A DNA stretch of 58,692 nt from an uncultured Methylococcaceae bacterium. Lineage in GTDB: Bacteria; Pseudomonadota; Gammaproteobacteria; Methylococcales; Methylomonadaceae. The DNA lies in contig CAYROI010000001.1 of the NCBI GenBank assembly GCA_964425835.1, positions 30,880-89,571 on the forward strand. Reading direction: 5' to 3'. Shown piece by piece: positions 17,768 through 28,040 of the stretch. The notes under the pieces were generated by a model, which searched no databases, had not been told where the DNA came from, and was given only the letters and a program-made list of their open reading frames with translations. Within the stretch, counting starts at the first letter, position 1. Each line of letters begins with the position of its first letter. The translations under genes and the position numbers were made by a program.

Positions 17768-19959
17768 CGACTTATTCTCCAGCAATAATGAATCCTAGGA
17801 GTTCTGGAAAAATCATGGGGAATCGTTGCCGCCGATATATCTTTAACTTTGAAATGATCTAAAGCATCATAATCTAATTGAAAACGTCTAAAGTTGGTTG
17901 AAAAGTATAATACCCCCTCATCACTCAGTAATTCTGCTGCATTTTGAATCAACTGGACATGCTCAATTTGTATATCAAAACATTGATCCATGCGTTTGGA
18001 GTTAGAAAATGCAGGTGGATTTAGAAAAATTAAATCAAACTGTTTTTTTAAGTTTTGCTGGGCATCATGCAACCATTGAGAACTATCACCACAAACAAAC
18101 TGATACTGTTCCCCCTTTAGATTATTTAACGCAAAATTATTTTTTGCCCATTGTAAATAAGCATGGGACATCTCCACGGTGAGGGTTGATTTTGCTCCGC
18201 CTATTGCGGCATGAACGCTTGCTGTCCCTGTATCAGAAAATAGATTTAAAAAACGTTTATTTTTTGCCTGCTGGGCAATCATTAAGCGTAGTGGCCTGTG
18301 ATCTAAAAATAATCCTGTCTCAAAATAATCCTCAAAATTAACCCATAGCTGACATTGCCCTTCATTAACAGCATGAAATTGTCTATTTTCATTTTGTTTT
18401 TCTATTTGCGCATTTTCTTTTTTCCTACGACGAATTTTTAAAAATACTTGCGCTGGATTTATTTTTAAAACCTTAGGAATTTCTGCTAATATTGCCGCAA
18501 GACGTTGATTAGCTTTATCAGCATCAATGGTTTTAGGGGCGACATATTCTTGAACATTTACCCATAATTTATCACCATGATAAAGATCAATGGCAACCGC
18601 ATATTCTGGTAAATCGGCATCATAGAGGCGATAACATGAGACATCGTGCTGCTTTGCCCATTTTTTTAAGTTTTTTAAATTTTTTCGCAAGCGATTAGCA
18701 AACATCGGCGCATCATTATTACTATGTTCTGTTTGAGCCGTTTTAATTACTTGATCTAAACGCTGAGCTTGATTCTTGGCTTTTGGAATAAAAAAACCTG
18801 CTGCTTCAATATCAAGCCGTAATAATTTACATTCTAATGAGCCATTATAAAAAGTGATCGGTTTATGTGATCGTATCCCTAGGCGAAAGCCTAACTCTGG
18901 GTCGCTAATAATCATCGCGGCTTTCCAGCCTATAAAGTGGTCTTTTAAAACATTGCCAAGTTGTTGATAAAGTATGGTAATTCCTTCTTTTTCACCTAAA
19001 CGTTCTCCATAAGGCGGGTTGCACATTAATAAACCTTTTTCCCAACTTTCTGCAGGTTTACATTCTTCAATATCACGTTTTTCTAAATGGATAAATGCTT
19101 GTAATCCTGCATTTTCAACGTGCTGTAAGGCGGTGGCAATGGTACGCCGACTATGGTCAAAACCAATTAATTTAGGCAGGGTTTCTAAACCTTGATTTTT
19201 ACGTTGATTCGCTTCTGCAATCAATGTTTGCCAAAGCTCAGAGTCATGGTTTTTCCAACCTAAAAATCCGTAATAATCACGTAATAATCCTGGAGCAAAA
19301 TCAGCAGCTATCATCGCAGCTTCTAACACCAGTGTGCCTGAACCACACATAGGATCAAGAAAACTCCCCCCTTCTGCAGCAATTTTTGACCAACCGCTAC
19401 GCAATAAAATAGCCGCTGCTAGATTTTGTTTTATCGGGGCTTTAATACTCACATCACGATAACCCCGTTTATGTAAGCTTTCCCCCGATAAATCTAAACT
19501 TAATTGAGCTTGTGTCCCATTCAGATGAACATTGACATGGATATCTGGCTGATGGGTATCAATATTTGGGCGTTTTTGGAATTTTGCCCGCATTTGATCC
19601 ACAACGGCATCTTTTACTTTTAATGCCCCAAAGTGGGTATTATTAATAACTTTAGAATTTTTGGCACTAAAAGAAACCATAAAACTACCATCAGGTTTTA
19701 AGTGATTAAACCAATTAATTTTTTTAACCTGTTGGTATAAATCCTCTTGCGAGTGCATTTCAAATTCAGTTAAACGTAATAAAATGCGATTTGCAACTCT
19801 TGACCATAAACAAATCCGATAAGCAGTTTCTAATGTTCCTTCAAAGGCAACGCCTGCAATGGTGGGTTTTAAGTTTTCCCCACCTAATGTTTCTAATTCA
19901 TTAGCAAGGAGGTCTTCCATTGCTTTAGGCGTTGTTGCAAAAAGAGGGTAATATTTCAT
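17764..19959 (-). CDS. rlmL: 23S rRNA m2G2445/m7G2069 methyltransferase RlmKL
   Basis: From ATG 19959 the protein reads MKYYPLFATTPKAMEDLLANELETLGG, parallel to E. coli RlmL. It has a THUMP region, DPMCGSGT and NPPYGERLG (N-terminal methyltransferase), and a second C-terminal SAM methyltransferase module (LNLFSDTGTASV, FLNPP). Confidence 0.9.
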   Translation of the reverse strand: MKYYPLFATTPKAMEDLLANELETLGGENLKPTIAGVAFEGTLETAYRICLWSRVANRILLRLTEFEMHSQEDLYQQVKKINWFNHLKPDGSFMVSFSAKNSKVINNTHFGALKVKDAVVDQMRAKFQKRPNIDTHQPDIHVNVHLNGTQAQLSLDLSGESLHKRGYRDVSIKAPIKQNLAAAILLRSGWSKIAAEGGSFLDPMCGSGTLVLEAAMIAADFAPGLLRDYYGFLGWKNHDSELWQTLIAEANQRKNQGLETLPKLIGFDHSRRTIATALQHVENAGLQAFIHLEKRDIEECKPAESWEKGLLMCNPPYGERLGEKEGITILYQQLGNVLKDHFIGWKAAMIISDPELGFRLGIRSHKPITFYNGSLECKLLRLDIEAAGFFIPKAKNQAQRLDQVIKTAQTEHSNNDAPMFANRLRKNLKNLKKWAKQHDVSCYRLYDADLPEYAVAIDLYHGDKLWVNVQEYVAPKTIDADKANQRLAAILAEIPKVLKINPAQVFLKIRRRKKENAQIEKQNENRQFHAVNEGQCQLWVNFEDYFETGLFLDHRPLRLMIAQQAKNKRFLNLFSDTGTASVHAAIGGAKSTLTVEMSHAYLQWAKNNFALNNLKGEQYQFVCGDSSQWLHDAQQNLKKQFDLIFLNPPAFSNSKRMDQCFDIQIEHVQLIQNAAELLSDEGVLYFSTNFRRFQLDYDALDHFKVKDISAATIPHDFSRTPRIHYCWRISR

Positions 19960-20038
19960 AAGTTTGTTAGTCAAGTGAAAGATAAGTGCATTGATTACAC
20001 TTAGAAATGAAAATTTATATTTAGCTAGACGCGCTAAA

Positions 20039-23000
20039 TTAATTATTTGAATCTTGAAAAGCCTGTAGCGCGGCAACAAGTCGCCTCATTTCAGTTTCTA
20101 ATTGGGTTAATAATTGACTTGCCTGCTCAATATCACCTGATTTTCCCATCCTATCAAGTTTAGATGCTAATTCAACTACATTTTTAGCCCCAAAATTTGC
20201 GGATGAGCCTTTGATTAAATGCCCTATATCACCAATAGCCCCTGCATTACCCAAATTAACTTCTCGCCATGCGTTGGCTAATATTTCTTCATATTTTCCA
20301 ATATAAATATCAATGACTCGATGGAGTAATGCTTTACTGCCGCCCAATAAATTAAGGGCTAAATCAACATTAAAAATATCCTCAGTATTTTTTGAATCAT
20401 TTTTTAAGGGTGCTAATTTAGTCTCAGTTTCTGCAGGAATAATCGTAATTAATATTTTAAATAATTCAGCACTATTAATCGGTTTTGCCGTGTAATAATT
20501 CATTCCAGAAGATAAACACTGATCTATATCTTCTTTCATTGCCTGTGCTGTTAATGCAACAATGGGAATAGGTTTGGATTGGCTCGATTGTTCTAACTTA
20601 CGGATAGCTATTGTTGCTTCTAAACCATCCATTTCAGGCATTCTAATATCCATCAAAATAACATCAAATTGATTTTTCTGATAGGCTTCCACGGCTTTTT
20701 TGCCCGTATTAACGATGGTAAGCTGGATAATACCTTGTTGTTTTAATAAACCACGAACGACTTCTTGGTTAGTTTCATTATCTTCCGCTAATAATATTCG
20801 CATTTTAGGATTCAGCTGATAACGATCATATTGAACAGGATCTTTAATCATTTGTTTTGAATCACAAACGAAAGATTCAATCTTTTCTAATAATTGCGAT
20901 TGTTGTACAGGTTTGGCTAAAAAACCATCAATCAAATGCGCATAATCACCCATTTCAATTTTTGTCAATGAAGTAACTGGAGATAGTAGTATGATGGGAA
21001 TATCTTTCCAATAGGTATTACTACGTACGTGCTTGGCTAATTCCAAACCTGTTAATTCAGGCATTTGATAATCTGTAATAATCAATTGAAATGCTATTTT
21101 AGTTTCTTGTGCTTGTTGTAGTGCTTTGAATGCCGCTTGAGCAGTTTTAACGACAACAGACTCCATCCCCCAATTCATTAACGTTTCTTCAAGAACGGCA
21201 TTATGCGTCACATTATCACCAATGACTAAAATATGACTAATTTTTCCGCAACCTACAATGGATTTTGATTCGCCTACATCCACTTCATTTAGTTTTTTTA
21301 AAGCCATCGTAAAGTGAAAAATACTCCCTTTCCCTAGGGTACTTTCTAGCCACATATCTCCACCCATTAATTTAACTAATTGATAAGAAATAGATAACCC
21401 TAAACCTGAGCCACCATAATGACGGATTATTGAGGCATCTGATTGATTAAAGGCTTCAAAAATTTTTGTCTGCTTATTCTTGTCAATTCCTATGCCTGTG
21501 TCATGTACAGAAAAATGCAATAATACCGTATCCTCTTCTTGTATCGGTTTATTATCTTTTGAATATTCAACTTTAATTAAGATCTCACCTTGCTTAGTAA
21601 ATTTTATAGCATTACCAACCAAATTGATAATAATTTGTTGTAAACGCACATTATCGCTAATAACCTTTTTCGGAAGTTCATTAGCAATGGAACAAATCAA
21701 CTCAAGACCCTTCTCATGCGCTCGCATTGCAATCGCTGTTGCGGTACTTTCAATACTATCTCGTAATATAAAAGGATGGAAATCAAGTTCCAATTTTTTC
21801 GCTTCAATTTTAGAAAAATCAAGAATATCATTAATAACATTAAGTAATAATTCAGCGGATTGATTGGCAACCGTTAAAAAACGTAATTGTTGGCTATCTA
21901 ATTTAGTCCCTAATGCCAATTCAATCATACCAATAACGCCATTCAAAGGCGTCCGAATTTCATGACTCATATTAGCTAAAAATTCTGATTTTGCTCCGCT
22001 TGCAGCTTCTGCAGCTTTTTTAGCTTTCTCTAGTTCTACTTCTTTTTGTTTACGTTCAGAAATATCTCTAACAACGCCTAAAAAGATAGTTTGGTTATCT
22101 ATTTGGAGTTCACTAACACCTAATTCCACTGGAAATGTGAGTCCATTTTTACAAAGTCCTCTAACCTCTCTGTTAATTCCAATAACTTTACGCTTGCCTG
22201 TTTTAATATAATTCATTAAATAACGATTATGTTCTTTGGCAAAAGGGTTCGGCATTAATAGGGAGATATTTTTTCCGATGACTTCGTCAGGAGAATACTG
22301 AAAAATAAGTTCGGCGGCTCTATTAAAAGAAAGGACGATGCCTTGTTGATTAATGGTAATCAAACCATCTACAACATTATCAACAATCGCTCTTTGATAA
22401 GTCTCTGAATCTTGTAAAGCTTTTTCCGAGGAGAGGCGTTCTTGATCTAGCCGTTGTTCAAGTTGGCGAAACGAAACAAACATACTAATAAATAATCCCA
22501 CTAACACAGTTAAATAACTTAAATTCTTAAGTAAATGTGCAATATCAAATTCTCCGTCAAACAGCGCATTTGAAAATGGCATAAACAGTGTTTGCACAAT
22601 AATATTAATAATCAGGGCTAAAACAAGCCAATGTTCAAAAGTATCATTTCGCCAATGACCTTTCTTTAAATAACCGATTAATGCGGCAATAAAAAATAGC
22701 GCGGGGACGATTTCTTGCGGGCGATAAAAAATAAAATTAAGATAATAGCCGGGAGGAAGTGGAACAAGAATAAAAAATAAAAAACTGGCGCAGGTTGCAA
22801 GTGCGACAAAACCGAAAACAGTTTTTTCTTTTAATCTACCTTTAGAACCTAAACGTTGTTCTCTTTTCCATGTAAGATAACTGAGCCAAAGTAAAATTGA
22901 TAAAAATAAACGCGGGGCAACCCAGCTCCAAGGACTTAAGGCGGGGAATTCAGAAGGTAAATAATCTTTAAACCAAATTGATGTTACCAAAGCATGATAA

Positions 23001-23260
23001 GCGTCTAAACAGGCGGTACCAATAAAGCCTGCACCGATAATGAGAAAAGTATTATTTTTTCGGCTATAAAAACGTACCAAAGCCATAATGCCAACCATCA
23101 GAGCTAAGAGGGTTGCAATAACGTCCATTAAAGTGTCTAATTGTTGAGAACCTCGCCAACTAGAATCACGTAGAAAAAAAGAACCTAGCGTTAACGATAA
23201 AGTAATTAACCAATAAATTGTGGCACGATTAAGATAAATTTTATTGTCCTTATTAAGCAT
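20039..23260 (-). CDS. Hybrid sensor histidine kinase: polytopic N-terminal sensor, PAS, HisKA, HATPase, two REC domains, Hpt
   Basis: 1073 aa. About 8 TM helices at the N-terminus (MASE-like), then PAS (GLITINQQGIVLSFNRAAELIF). H-box MSHEIRTPLNG, N/G boxes (LVGNAIKFT, DTGIGI, GGSGLGLSI). REC1 is TDYQMPELTG and REC2 is LMDIRMPEMDG. Hpt is HLIKGSSANFGA. Confidence 0.9.
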   Translation of the reverse strand: MLNKDNKIYLNRATIYWLITLSLTLGSFFLRDSSWRGSQQLDTLMDVIATLLALMVGIMALVRFYSRKNNTFLIIGAGFIGTACLDAYHALVTSIWFKDYLPSEFPALSPWSWVAPRLFLSILLWLSYLTWKREQRLGSKGRLKEKTVFGFVALATCASFLFFILVPLPPGYYLNFIFYRPQEIVPALFFIAALIGYLKKGHWRNDTFEHWLVLALIINIIVQTLFMPFSNALFDGEFDIAHLLKNLSYLTVLVGLFISMFVSFRQLEQRLDQERLSSEKALQDSETYQRAIVDNVVDGLITINQQGIVLSFNRAAELIFQYSPDEVIGKNISLLMPNPFAKEHNRYLMNYIKTGKRKVIGINREVRGLCKNGLTFPVELGVSELQIDNQTIFLGVVRDISERKQKEVELEKAKKAAEAASGAKSEFLANMSHEIRTPLNGVIGMIELALGTKLDSQQLRFLTVANQSAELLLNVINDILDFSKIEAKKLELDFHPFILRDSIESTATAIAMRAHEKGLELICSIANELPKKVISDNVRLQQIIINLVGNAIKFTKQGEILIKVEYSKDNKPIQEEDTVLLHFSVHDTGIGIDKNKQTKIFEAFNQSDASIIRHYGGSGLGLSISYQLVKLMGGDMWLESTLGKGSIFHFTMALKKLNEVDVGESKSIVGCGKISHILVIGDNVTHNAVLEETLMNWGMESVVVKTAQAAFKALQQAQETKIAFQLIITDYQMPELTGLELAKHVRSNTYWKDIPIILLSPVTSLTKIEMGDYAHLIDGFLAKPVQQSQLLEKIESFVCDSKQMIKDPVQYDRYQLNPKMRILLAEDNETNQEVVRGLLKQQGIIQLTIVNTGKKAVEAYQKNQFDVILMDIRMPEMDGLEATIAIRKLEQSSQSKPIPIVALTAQAMKEDIDQCLSSGMNYYTAKPINSAELFKILITIIPAETETKLAPLKNDSKNTEDIFNVDLALNLLGGSKALLHRVIDIYIGKYEEILANAWREVNLGNAGAIGDIGHLIKGSSANFGAKNVVELASKLDRMGKSGDIEQASQLLTQLETEMRRLVAALQAFQDSNN

Positions 23261-23327
23261 TATTTTTCTGATTTAATAGTCTATTATAGCTTATAGATAT
23301 TATAAATGATGTTTTAGGTTCAGGCGT

Positions 23328-23834
23328 TTATATTACAGGCATTTTAGAAATTAATCGTTGGATTTGTTTTTCCATTTTCATCGTATCAAATAGCCCCGTC
23401 TTTTTTGAGATAATTTGACCTTGCGGGTTGATTAAAAAAGTCGTTGGGGTCAATTGAACATGACCAAAGGCTTTTGCATGTTCTGCCCGTAAATCTAACG
23501 CAAGATCATAAGGAATTTTTTTATTTTTACCCATAGTAACGACATGATTAGGTAAATCATAATACATTGAAACTGAAATAATTTCTAAACCCTTTGTATG
23601 ATAGTTATCATAAAGTTCAATGAGATGCGGGACTTCTTTAATACAACTTTTACAATCGGTTGCCCAAAAATTAATCATAACAATTTTGCCTTGCAGCGCT
23701 TTCAGAACAATTTTTTTACCTGTAATGGTCGTAAAAGTTACATCGGGTGCAGGGGGTAATAATTGTAAATACCAACGACCCAATACGATGACTGAGATAA
23801 TAAAAAAAATAACTAAGCTGCGTTTTAATTTCAT
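23328..23834 (-). CDS. TlpA-family periplasmic thiol:disulfide oxidoreductase
   Basis: Thioredoxin fold with WATDCKSC (CxxC). Signal anchor MKLKRSLVIFFIISVIVL from ATG 23834. The longer ORF start at 23903 would leave only 15 nt to the divergent waaC. Confidence 0.8.
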   Translation of the reverse strand: MKLKRSLVIFFIISVIVLGRWYLQLLPPAPDVTFTTITGKKIVLKALQGKIVMINFWATDCKSCIKEVPHLIELYDNYHTKGLEIISVSMYYDLPNHVVTMGKNKKIPYDLALDLRAEHAKAFGHVQLTPTTFLINPQGQIISKKTGLFDTMKMEKQIQRLISKMPVI

Positions 23835-23918
23835 ACATTTTCTTAAAATTGAGATGAGAAGGCATAAACTACCGCACATGATACAATAAATGACACAATT
23901 CAACAGATAAGACAGACC

Positions 23919-24926
23919 ATGAAAATAGCGATTGTTAAACTATCGGCTTTGGGTGATATTGTTCATGCCATGGTTGCCCTACAATTTATTAAACACCACG
24001 ATCACACGATTCAAATTGATTGGATCGTTGAAGAACGTTTTATGGAGGTCTTAGAGTTTAATCCCGATATTAATCAAATTCTAACGGTTAATTTAAAAGC
24101 ATTAAAAAACAATAAAAAAAATATTTTCCAAGAAATTAACAAAGTGCGCCATTACGCCAATAATCATTATGATTTAATTGTTGATGTTCAAGGTTTATTA
24201 AAATCGGCACTTACTGCGAGGTTATTAGGTAAAAATATTGCAGGCTTTGATAAAAAATCCATTCGAGAAAAATTAGCCAGTTATTTTTATACCCATAAAA
24301 TTTACAGCCCTTATGATGCTAATACCATTGATCGCAACGTGAAAGTCTTATCTGAACCATTGGAGTTTTCCATTAGTGCTGAGCAAATTCAGCAAAAAAA
24401 AGCTTTTCTTTATTTTGAAAACAACCCACTTCAATTAAACAATTTTTTAAGTCAAAATCGTGAAAATATAGTTTTTATTATTGGCTCAACTTGGGAAAGT
24501 CGTAATTATCCTAAAGAAAAGTTTTTGCAAGTAGCAAATAAATTAAAACAAAATGTGCTGATTGCGTGGGGAAATAAAGCAGAAAAAGATAAGGCAGAAT
24601 GGATTGCTGCCTGCTCTGATTATGCACAGGTATTGCCTAAATTAAGTCTTAATGATTTAAAAGCTTTAATTGCTAAAATAGATTTGGTTTTAGGTAACGA
24701 CACAGGGCCTGCGCATTTGGCTTGGGGATTAAATAAACCCTCCATTATATTATTTGGCTGTACCCCTGTGAGCCGTGTTTATCAAACGAATATCAATAGA
24801 GTGATTAAATCTTTATCTATTGTTAATCCTTATAAACTCAATAAGCAGGATTATTCTATTCAAGAAATTGAAGTTGAAGCAATATTAACCTCATGGGTAG
24901 AAATTAAAGAGAGTCATCTTAAATAA
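23919..24926 (+). CDS. waaC: LPS heptosyltransferase (glycosyltransferase family 9), probably heptosyltransferase I
   Basis: MKIAIVKLSALGDIVHAMVAL N-terminus and the GNDTGPAHLA block are typical of GT9 WaaC/WaaF. The size (335 aa) fits WaaC. Confidence 0.7.
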   Translation: MKIAIVKLSALGDIVHAMVALQFIKHHDHTIQIDWIVEERFMEVLEFNPDINQILTVNLKALKNNKKNIFQEINKVRHYANNHYDLIVDVQGLLKSALTARLLGKNIAGFDKKSIREKLASYFYTHKIYSPYDANTIDRNVKVLSEPLEFSISAEQIQQKKAFLYFENNPLQLNNFLSQNRENIVFIIGSTWESRNYPKEKFLQVANKLKQNVLIAWGNKAEKDKAEWIAACSDYAQVLPKLSLNDLKALIAKIDLVLGNDTGPAHLAWGLNKPSIILFGCTPVSRVYQTNINRVIKSLSIVNPYKLNKQDYSIQEIEVEAILTSWVEIKESHLK

Positions 24927-24940
24927 CTCTCCTTTTTTAG

Positions 24941-26974
24941 CTAAATACTAATACCATTATGACGTAATAAAGCATCAACCTTAGGCTCACGACCTCTAAA
25001 ATTTTTAAATAACTCGATTGCATCGGCACTACCACCTTTTTCGAGGATATGGGTTAAAAAGGCCTCGCCTGTTTTTCGATCAAAAATACCATTTTCTTCA
25101 AATAAAGAATAAGCATCACTGGATAAAACCTCAGCCCATTTATAACTGTAATAACCCGCCGCATAACCGCCCGCAAAGATATGCGAAAACGCATGAGCAA
25201 AACGATTAAAATCAGGGGGAATAATCACCGCGACTTGCTGCCTAATTTCATCTAAAATTTGATAAATACGCCCCCCCTGTTCGGGGTTAAAGGCTTGATG
25301 AATTTTAAAATCGAATAGACTAAATTCTAATTGACGTACCATCATCATCCCAGCTTGAAAGTTTTTCGCCGCTAACATTTTATTATAAAGTGTTTCAGGT
25401 AAGGGTTCGCCTGTTTGATAATGGGCAGACATTAAAGCTAAGGCTTCTTTTTCCCAACACCAATTCTCCATTATTTGACTCGGTAACTCAACCGCATCCC
25501 ATTCTACGCCATTAATTCCTGAAACCCCTAAATAATCTATTTGGGTTAACATATGTTGCAAACCATGACCAAATTCATGAAATAAAGTGGTCACTTCATC
25601 ATGAGTTAAAAGCGCGGGGGTATCGCCCGCAGGTGGGGTGAAATTACAAGTTAAATAGGCAACAGGCTGTTGAATTTCATCCCCCATTTTTTTACGCCCA
25701 ACACAGTCATCCATCCACGCGCCACCCCGTTTTTTCCCTCGAGCATATAAATCTAAATAAAACTTTCCTCGAAGTTTATTATTTTTATCTTTAATTTCAA
25801 AAAACTGTAGATCAGCATGATAACGATCAAATTCAAAGATTTCTTCAATTTGTAATCCATAAAGTTTATCAACCACTGCAAATAAACCTGTAATAACTTT
25901 ATTGGCAGGAAAATAAACTTTAACCGCTTCTTGGGATAATTGATAATGATGTTGACGCATTTTTTCTGAAATATAGCTAACATCCCAAGCATTTAATTCA
26001 TTTAAAGCATATTCCTGTTGAGCAAATTGTTCTAATTCCCGTAAATCCTGACGTGCTTGTGGTAAGGATTTTTGGGCTAAATCATCTAAAAATGAAATAA
26101 CTTCCGTTGGTTTATTCGCCATTTTGGTCGCTAGGGAATAATGTGCGTAAGTTTCAAAACCTAATAAGCGCGCTTTTTCATGCCGTAAGCTGAGAATTTG
26201 CTCCATAATATCTGAATTATCCCACTCAGGATGTTCGCCTAATTCAGAAGCGCGGGTCACAAAAGCGCGATAATGTTGTTGGCGTAATTCACGGTTATCT
26301 GCATAAGTCATTACGGCAATATAAGAAGGAAATTGTAAGCTAATCAGCCACCCCTCTTTATTCACTTGCTCTGCGGCTTGTTTAGCTTGAATCATTGCAG
26401 ATTCTGGCAGACCTTTTAAGTCATTTTCATCCGTTATTAGTTTTGTCCAGTCATTGGTTGCATCTAAAACATTGTCACTATAACGACTACAAAGTGCTGA
26501 TAACGCTTGACTTATTTCTTTATAGCGTTGTTGCTTATCATTCGCTAAATCTATTCCTGATAGTTGAAAATCTTTTAAGGCATTCGTAATAATTTTCTTT
26601 TGGGCAGTGTCTAATTTGAAAAATTCAGGACTGGCTTTAATACTTTGGTAAGCTTGAAACAGAGGCTTGTTTTGCCCCATTTCGGTCGAATACTCGCTTA
26701 ATTTAGGAAGGCAAGCATTATAAGCTTCACGGAGTTCATCGTTATTTAGCACCGAGTTTAAATGACTGACAGGCGACCACGCTTTATTCAATTTATCTTC
26801 AATTGTTTCTATAGGATCAACTAAATTGTCCCAGGTATAAACGGTTTGTTGTAAGCATTGATTAACCACAGTGCGGGCTTGTGTCAATAATTCATCAATT
26901 GCAGGGACAATATGTTCTGGTTTTATTTTAGAAAATTGAGGAAGTTCAGTTACTTCTAATAAGGGATTACACAT
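24941..26974 (-). CDS. prlC: Oligopeptidase A (M3 metallopeptidase)
   Basis: 677 aa with the zinc motif TLFHEFGHGLQH and M3A family blocks throughout. Confidence 0.93.
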   Translation of the reverse strand: MCNPLLEVTELPQFSKIKPEHIVPAIDELLTQARTVVNQCLQQTVYTWDNLVDPIETIEDKLNKAWSPVSHLNSVLNNDELREAYNACLPKLSEYSTEMGQNKPLFQAYQSIKASPEFFKLDTAQKKIITNALKDFQLSGIDLANDKQQRYKEISQALSALCSRYSDNVLDATNDWTKLITDENDLKGLPESAMIQAKQAAEQVNKEGWLISLQFPSYIAVMTYADNRELRQQHYRAFVTRASELGEHPEWDNSDIMEQILSLRHEKARLLGFETYAHYSLATKMANKPTEVISFLDDLAQKSLPQARQDLRELEQFAQQEYALNELNAWDVSYISEKMRQHHYQLSQEAVKVYFPANKVITGLFAVVDKLYGLQIEEIFEFDRYHADLQFFEIKDKNNKLRGKFYLDLYARGKKRGGAWMDDCVGRKKMGDEIQQPVAYLTCNFTPPAGDTPALLTHDEVTTLFHEFGHGLQHMLTQIDYLGVSGINGVEWDAVELPSQIMENWCWEKEALALMSAHYQTGEPLPETLYNKMLAAKNFQAGMMMVRQLEFSLFDFKIHQAFNPEQGGRIYQILDEIRQQVAVIIPPDFNRFAHAFSHIFAGGYAAGYYSYKWAEVLSSDAYSLFEENGIFDRKTGEAFLTHILEKGGSADAIELFKNFRGREPKVDALLRHNGISI

Positions 26975-27018
26975 ATAATTTTAATAACACTAAAAGGGAT
27001 ATAGGGGTTAATAAATGC

Positions 27019-27996
27019 TTATTTTTGCTGCCTATTTTTATGTTTGTTACGGTAGTCAATTAATAAGGCCTCTGATTTACTACTTAAATAAATATACACG
27101 CCCAAACTTAATAATAATACGCCTGCGGCTAAAATAATCCACACTGCGCCGATAATATGCTCTTCTTTACCATGGAGTGCTGATTTAAAAACCATTAATA
27201 ATGCTTCAATGGAAATAGCGATAATGATGGCGGCAATGAAGCGAGTAATGGTACGCCGTGTCGAACTATGACGAGATATGTCTTTATAAAGTAAGACCTC
27301 TTCTTCTAAAATAGTTTTACCTAAATCAAAAATAGCTAAGGCTAATGTTAAGTAAATAACCATGCCAAAGGGAATTTCAATGCTCAACCTATCTCTAATA
27401 AGAGAATAAAATATTCGATAACATTCAACTGCCGAGGAATAAATTAAAAACAAGGAAACGAGAAACAAACCAAAGACAATTAATGAATACATTGCCTTAA
27501 AAAAAGGTTCAAAATAAACCCGTTTACTTTCCCCTGTAAAAAAAATAAGCATTTCATTGAGATCTATATCCAAAATGATATAGCCTTTCAATGTCCCCTT
27601 TTCATCATAAATTTTCGTACTCGCAGAAAGGCAAAGTTCACGACCAACGGTTGATAAATAAGGCTCGGTTATGGCAGGTAAATCACTTTTTATTGCCGAT
27701 AAAAAATAAGGGCGTTGGCTACGGTCTATGCCTTCGCCAATCGCTTGGGTATGTTTAAAATGTATATTAGCAATGTTATGACAAATTTGTCTTCCATTTT
27801 CATCGAGTAAATACAAAATACTTACGAAAGGATAATAATCGTTTAGCGAGGTAAATAATGCACTTAATTCTTTTTGCGATTGCTCAAACATTTTTTCATT
27901 AGCAAAGCAACTCAATATAGAACCCAACAGATGATGTATTGATTCTCGATGCTCTTCATATTTCTCCATCACATTAATATGGCTCATTTTAGACAT
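27019..27996 (-). CDS. Membrane protein: cytoplasmic PDC/Cache-like N-terminal domain plus 4 TM helices (PsiE-like); no output domain
   Basis: 325 aa. Residues 1 to about 170 have no TM or signal and carry sensor-fold-like blocks (LLDENGRQI, DRSQRPYF, YLSTVGRELCLSAS, GYIILDIDL). Four hydrophobic helices follow. No kinase, MCP, GGDEF or HTH domain is detectable by eye. Confidence 0.55.
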   Translation of the reverse strand: MSKMSHINVMEKYEEHRESIHHLLGSILSCFANEKMFEQSQKELSALFTSLNDYYPFVSILYLLDENGRQICHNIANIHFKHTQAIGEGIDRSQRPYFLSAIKSDLPAITEPYLSTVGRELCLSASTKIYDEKGTLKGYIILDIDLNEMLIFFTGESKRVYFEPFFKAMYSLIVFGLFLVSLFLIYSSAVECYRIFYSLIRDRLSIEIPFGMVIYLTLALAIFDLGKTILEEEVLLYKDISRHSSTRRTITRFIAAIIIAISIEALLMVFKSALHGKEEHIIGAVWIILAAGVLLLSLGVYIYLSSKSEALLIDYRNKHKNRQQK

Positions 27997-28040
27997 AAAC
28001 GCTCCTTAAGTTTTTAATCAATTATGGTCAAACGAGGTCA

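Noticed and set aside
19960-20079. Long N-terminal extensions offered by the ORF track: rlmL 19960-20079, hflD 33352-33426, TlpA 23835-23903, the small membrane protein 43353-43424, sugE 44785-44820 and the oxidoreductase 38594-38626
   Set aside because: The extensions overlap neighbouring genes or promoters and lack homology to the family N-termini. Internal ATGs give N-termini collinear with known homologues, and several have better Shine-Dalgarno sequences.
21480-21863. 127-aa plus-strand ORF antisense to the histidine kinase gene, plus 20313-20495
   Set aside because: They are embedded in the HisKA/HATPase coding region of a gene with clear motifs. No ribosome-binding site or family resemblance is present, so these are shadow ORFs.
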